From positions 1 to 16,651 of the forward strand of contig JAZDPL010000015.1 in assembly GCA_043797665.1 (NCBI GenBank): a stretch of 16,651 nt of DNA, read 5' to 3'. Position 1 is the stretch's first letter. Every line of letters starts with the position of its first letter. This document shows positions 15,360 to 16,651 of the stretch, one piece after another. Position numbers and translations under genes: made by a program. The stretch is from Candidatus Omnitrophota bacterium. GTDB taxonomy: Bacteria; Ratteibacteria; UBA8468; MWAK01. Under the pieces are notes generated by a model. It did no database searches. It worked only from the letters and a program-made list of their open reading frames with translations, and had not been told where the DNA came from.

Positions 15360-15938
15360 TTAATAGTATCCATTCCTTGTTTTATACGTCATTGTCTGCA
15401 GAATCGATCTGCTCCCCTTTTTTACCGTCACCGTAATCTGAAACAGGTTTCGGTACCCCAACATAGAATCAGCGTTGGTTGAATCGTAATATTCAGTAGT
15501 ACCAGTAACAGTACCGACTATACTTCTATTAGGCACCCCGTCTGTTGTTATGCTGGGGTCATAACCCCAAATCTTGGTGTCATAAGTATAGGTAGTATTA
15601 GATAAAGTTAAACTCCCACTGTTAGTGGAGTTTGTAAGGTCGCCGTAATAACTGGTGGGCGGAAACCGCTGGTCCCGCACCTTATCCATCGCGTACTGGC
15701 TTACCATTACCGCATTGGCGATGTCAAAGGCATCTCCGCGGCTTCCGGTATAGGCGGTCATCTTACTCATAATGACCAGAGTAGCCGCCACCGCTATCGT
15801 GGTCACCACCACCGCGAATACCACTTCAATCAGCGTATACCCCTGCCTCCTGTCATTCTGAGCGATAGCGAAGAATCCCGTTTTCAAGCGAGATCCTTCG
15901 GCATAAAACGCCTCAGGATGACAGACTTTGTCTGTCAC
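15360..15938 (-). CDS. Type IV minor pilin / pseudopilin (PilV/GspI-like position) with a repeat-expanded leader
   Basis: RRQG|YTLIEVVFAVVV hydrophobic helix. Probable GTG start at 15938 overlapping the upstream TGA; ATG 15950 and 15959 are alternatives. Confidence 0.8.
   Translation of the reverse strand: MTDKVCHPEAFYAEGSRLKTGFFAIAQNDRRQGYTLIEVVFAVVVTTIAVAATLVIMSKMTAYTGSRGDAFDIANAVMVSQYAMDKVRDQRFPPTSYYGDLTNSTNSGSLTLSNTTYTYDTKIWGYDPSITTDGVPNRSIVGTVTGTTEYYDSTNADSMLGYRNLFQITVTVKKGSRSILQTMTYKTRNGYY
15852..15922. repeat. Family B REP doublet inside the prepilin leader
   Basis: GTCATTCTGAGCGATAGCGAAGAATC...GATCCTTCGGCATAAAACGCCTCAGGATGAC. Confidence 0.87.
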
Positions 15939-16651
15939 TTCAGTCCCCATACTCTCCATACCGGCACGTATACCCTTCTGCCGTCGGAAAACCCCGGATA
16001 AAAATCACCGCTGGGGTTAGTGTTCTGGTATATAGAGTTATCAAAAGTTAGTTTACCGCCGAGAAAATCAACCACACCTGTGGCCCGGTTAGCCGGGTCG
16101 ATGACGGTTCCACCGGCGACCAGGAGTCCGGAAATGGTGTCGGTCGCAGTCAAAGTATTAGCCAAAGTAATGGTGGCGGTGTTGGATGAGTTCCCTCCGC
16201 TTCCGCAGTAGATTCCACCGGTGACATCGGTAAGTGCAGTATTGACCGTAACCGAAGCATTGCCACTGGAGGAATAGGCAACCACCGCCGGTCGTGGTTT
16301 GCCGTTGTAATCGGGCTGGAAGTCAGCGCTGATAGTTACAGTGGTGTTGCCGGAACCCAAAGCGAAGGCAGTTATTGCCGCCCGCTGTTCTGAGGTATCA
16401 GTACTAAGGGTAAATGGTGAAGTTGGAGGTTTTAGTGGCACAGAAATAGTAACGATTGCGTCTGTGGTTCCAGAAGAAGAGACCACTAAAGCCGAATCGC
16501 TGTTGGTGGCATCAATGGTTACCGCATTATCCCGCAACTCTATTTCTGAACCCGAGGCAACCCCTCCGTAGATAGTGCCGCCCCGTATGGTAACCTTGCC
16601 GTTTGCAATCATCCCGGTGGGTGTACCTACCTGCCCCACCGTATTGCCATT
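15935..16651 (-). CDS. C-terminal part of a Thr/Ser/Gly-rich, beta-rich protein of the pilin cluster (PilX-like by position); start lies beyond the window
   Basis: The frame is open to the window edge, ends in YVPVWRVWGLK*, and overlaps the probable start of the downstream pilin. Function is inferred from context only. Confidence 0.6.
   Translation of the reverse strand, partial: NGNTVGQVGTPTGMIANGKVTIRGGTIYGGVASGSEIELRDNAVTIDATNSDSALVVSSSGTTDAIVTISVPLKPPTSPFTLSTDTSEQRAAITAFALGSGNTTVTISADFQPDYNGKPRPAVVAYSSSGNASVTVNTALTDVTGGIYCGSGGNSSNTATITLANTLTATDTISGLLVAGGTVIDPANRATGVVDFLGGKLTFDNSIYQNTNPSGDFYPGFSDGRRVYVPVWRVWGLK

Overview
Bacterial core-genome window, probably from an uncultured anaerobe. 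On the minus strand at the left edge are the 5' part of leuS and tRNA-Leu(CAA). These are followed by a UroD-superfamily gene and a sugar isomerase/epimerase gene (+), then rpiB and tsaC (-). A long + strand run follows: rplM, a DRE-TIM acyl-CoA synthase (homocitrate or Re-citrate synthase-like), a LeuC/HacA-type large subunit, ilvB-ilvN-ilvC, thpR, recA and degP. The window ends with three type IV minor pilin/pseudopilin-cluster genes (-). Almost every intergenic gap holds a palindromic repeat (four REP-like families) or a MITE-like element, and no cognate transposase or nuclease gene is present. The most striking signal is that repeats also invade coding sequences in frame. A 27-bp hairpin element (CCTGCCCC[T/G]GCATG...GC[A/C]GGGG, with a compensatory stem change) sits inside tsaC, thpR and a prepilin leader, and a 72-bp REP doublet sits inside a second prepilin leader. 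All calls are from motif recognition by eye; no database searches were run.
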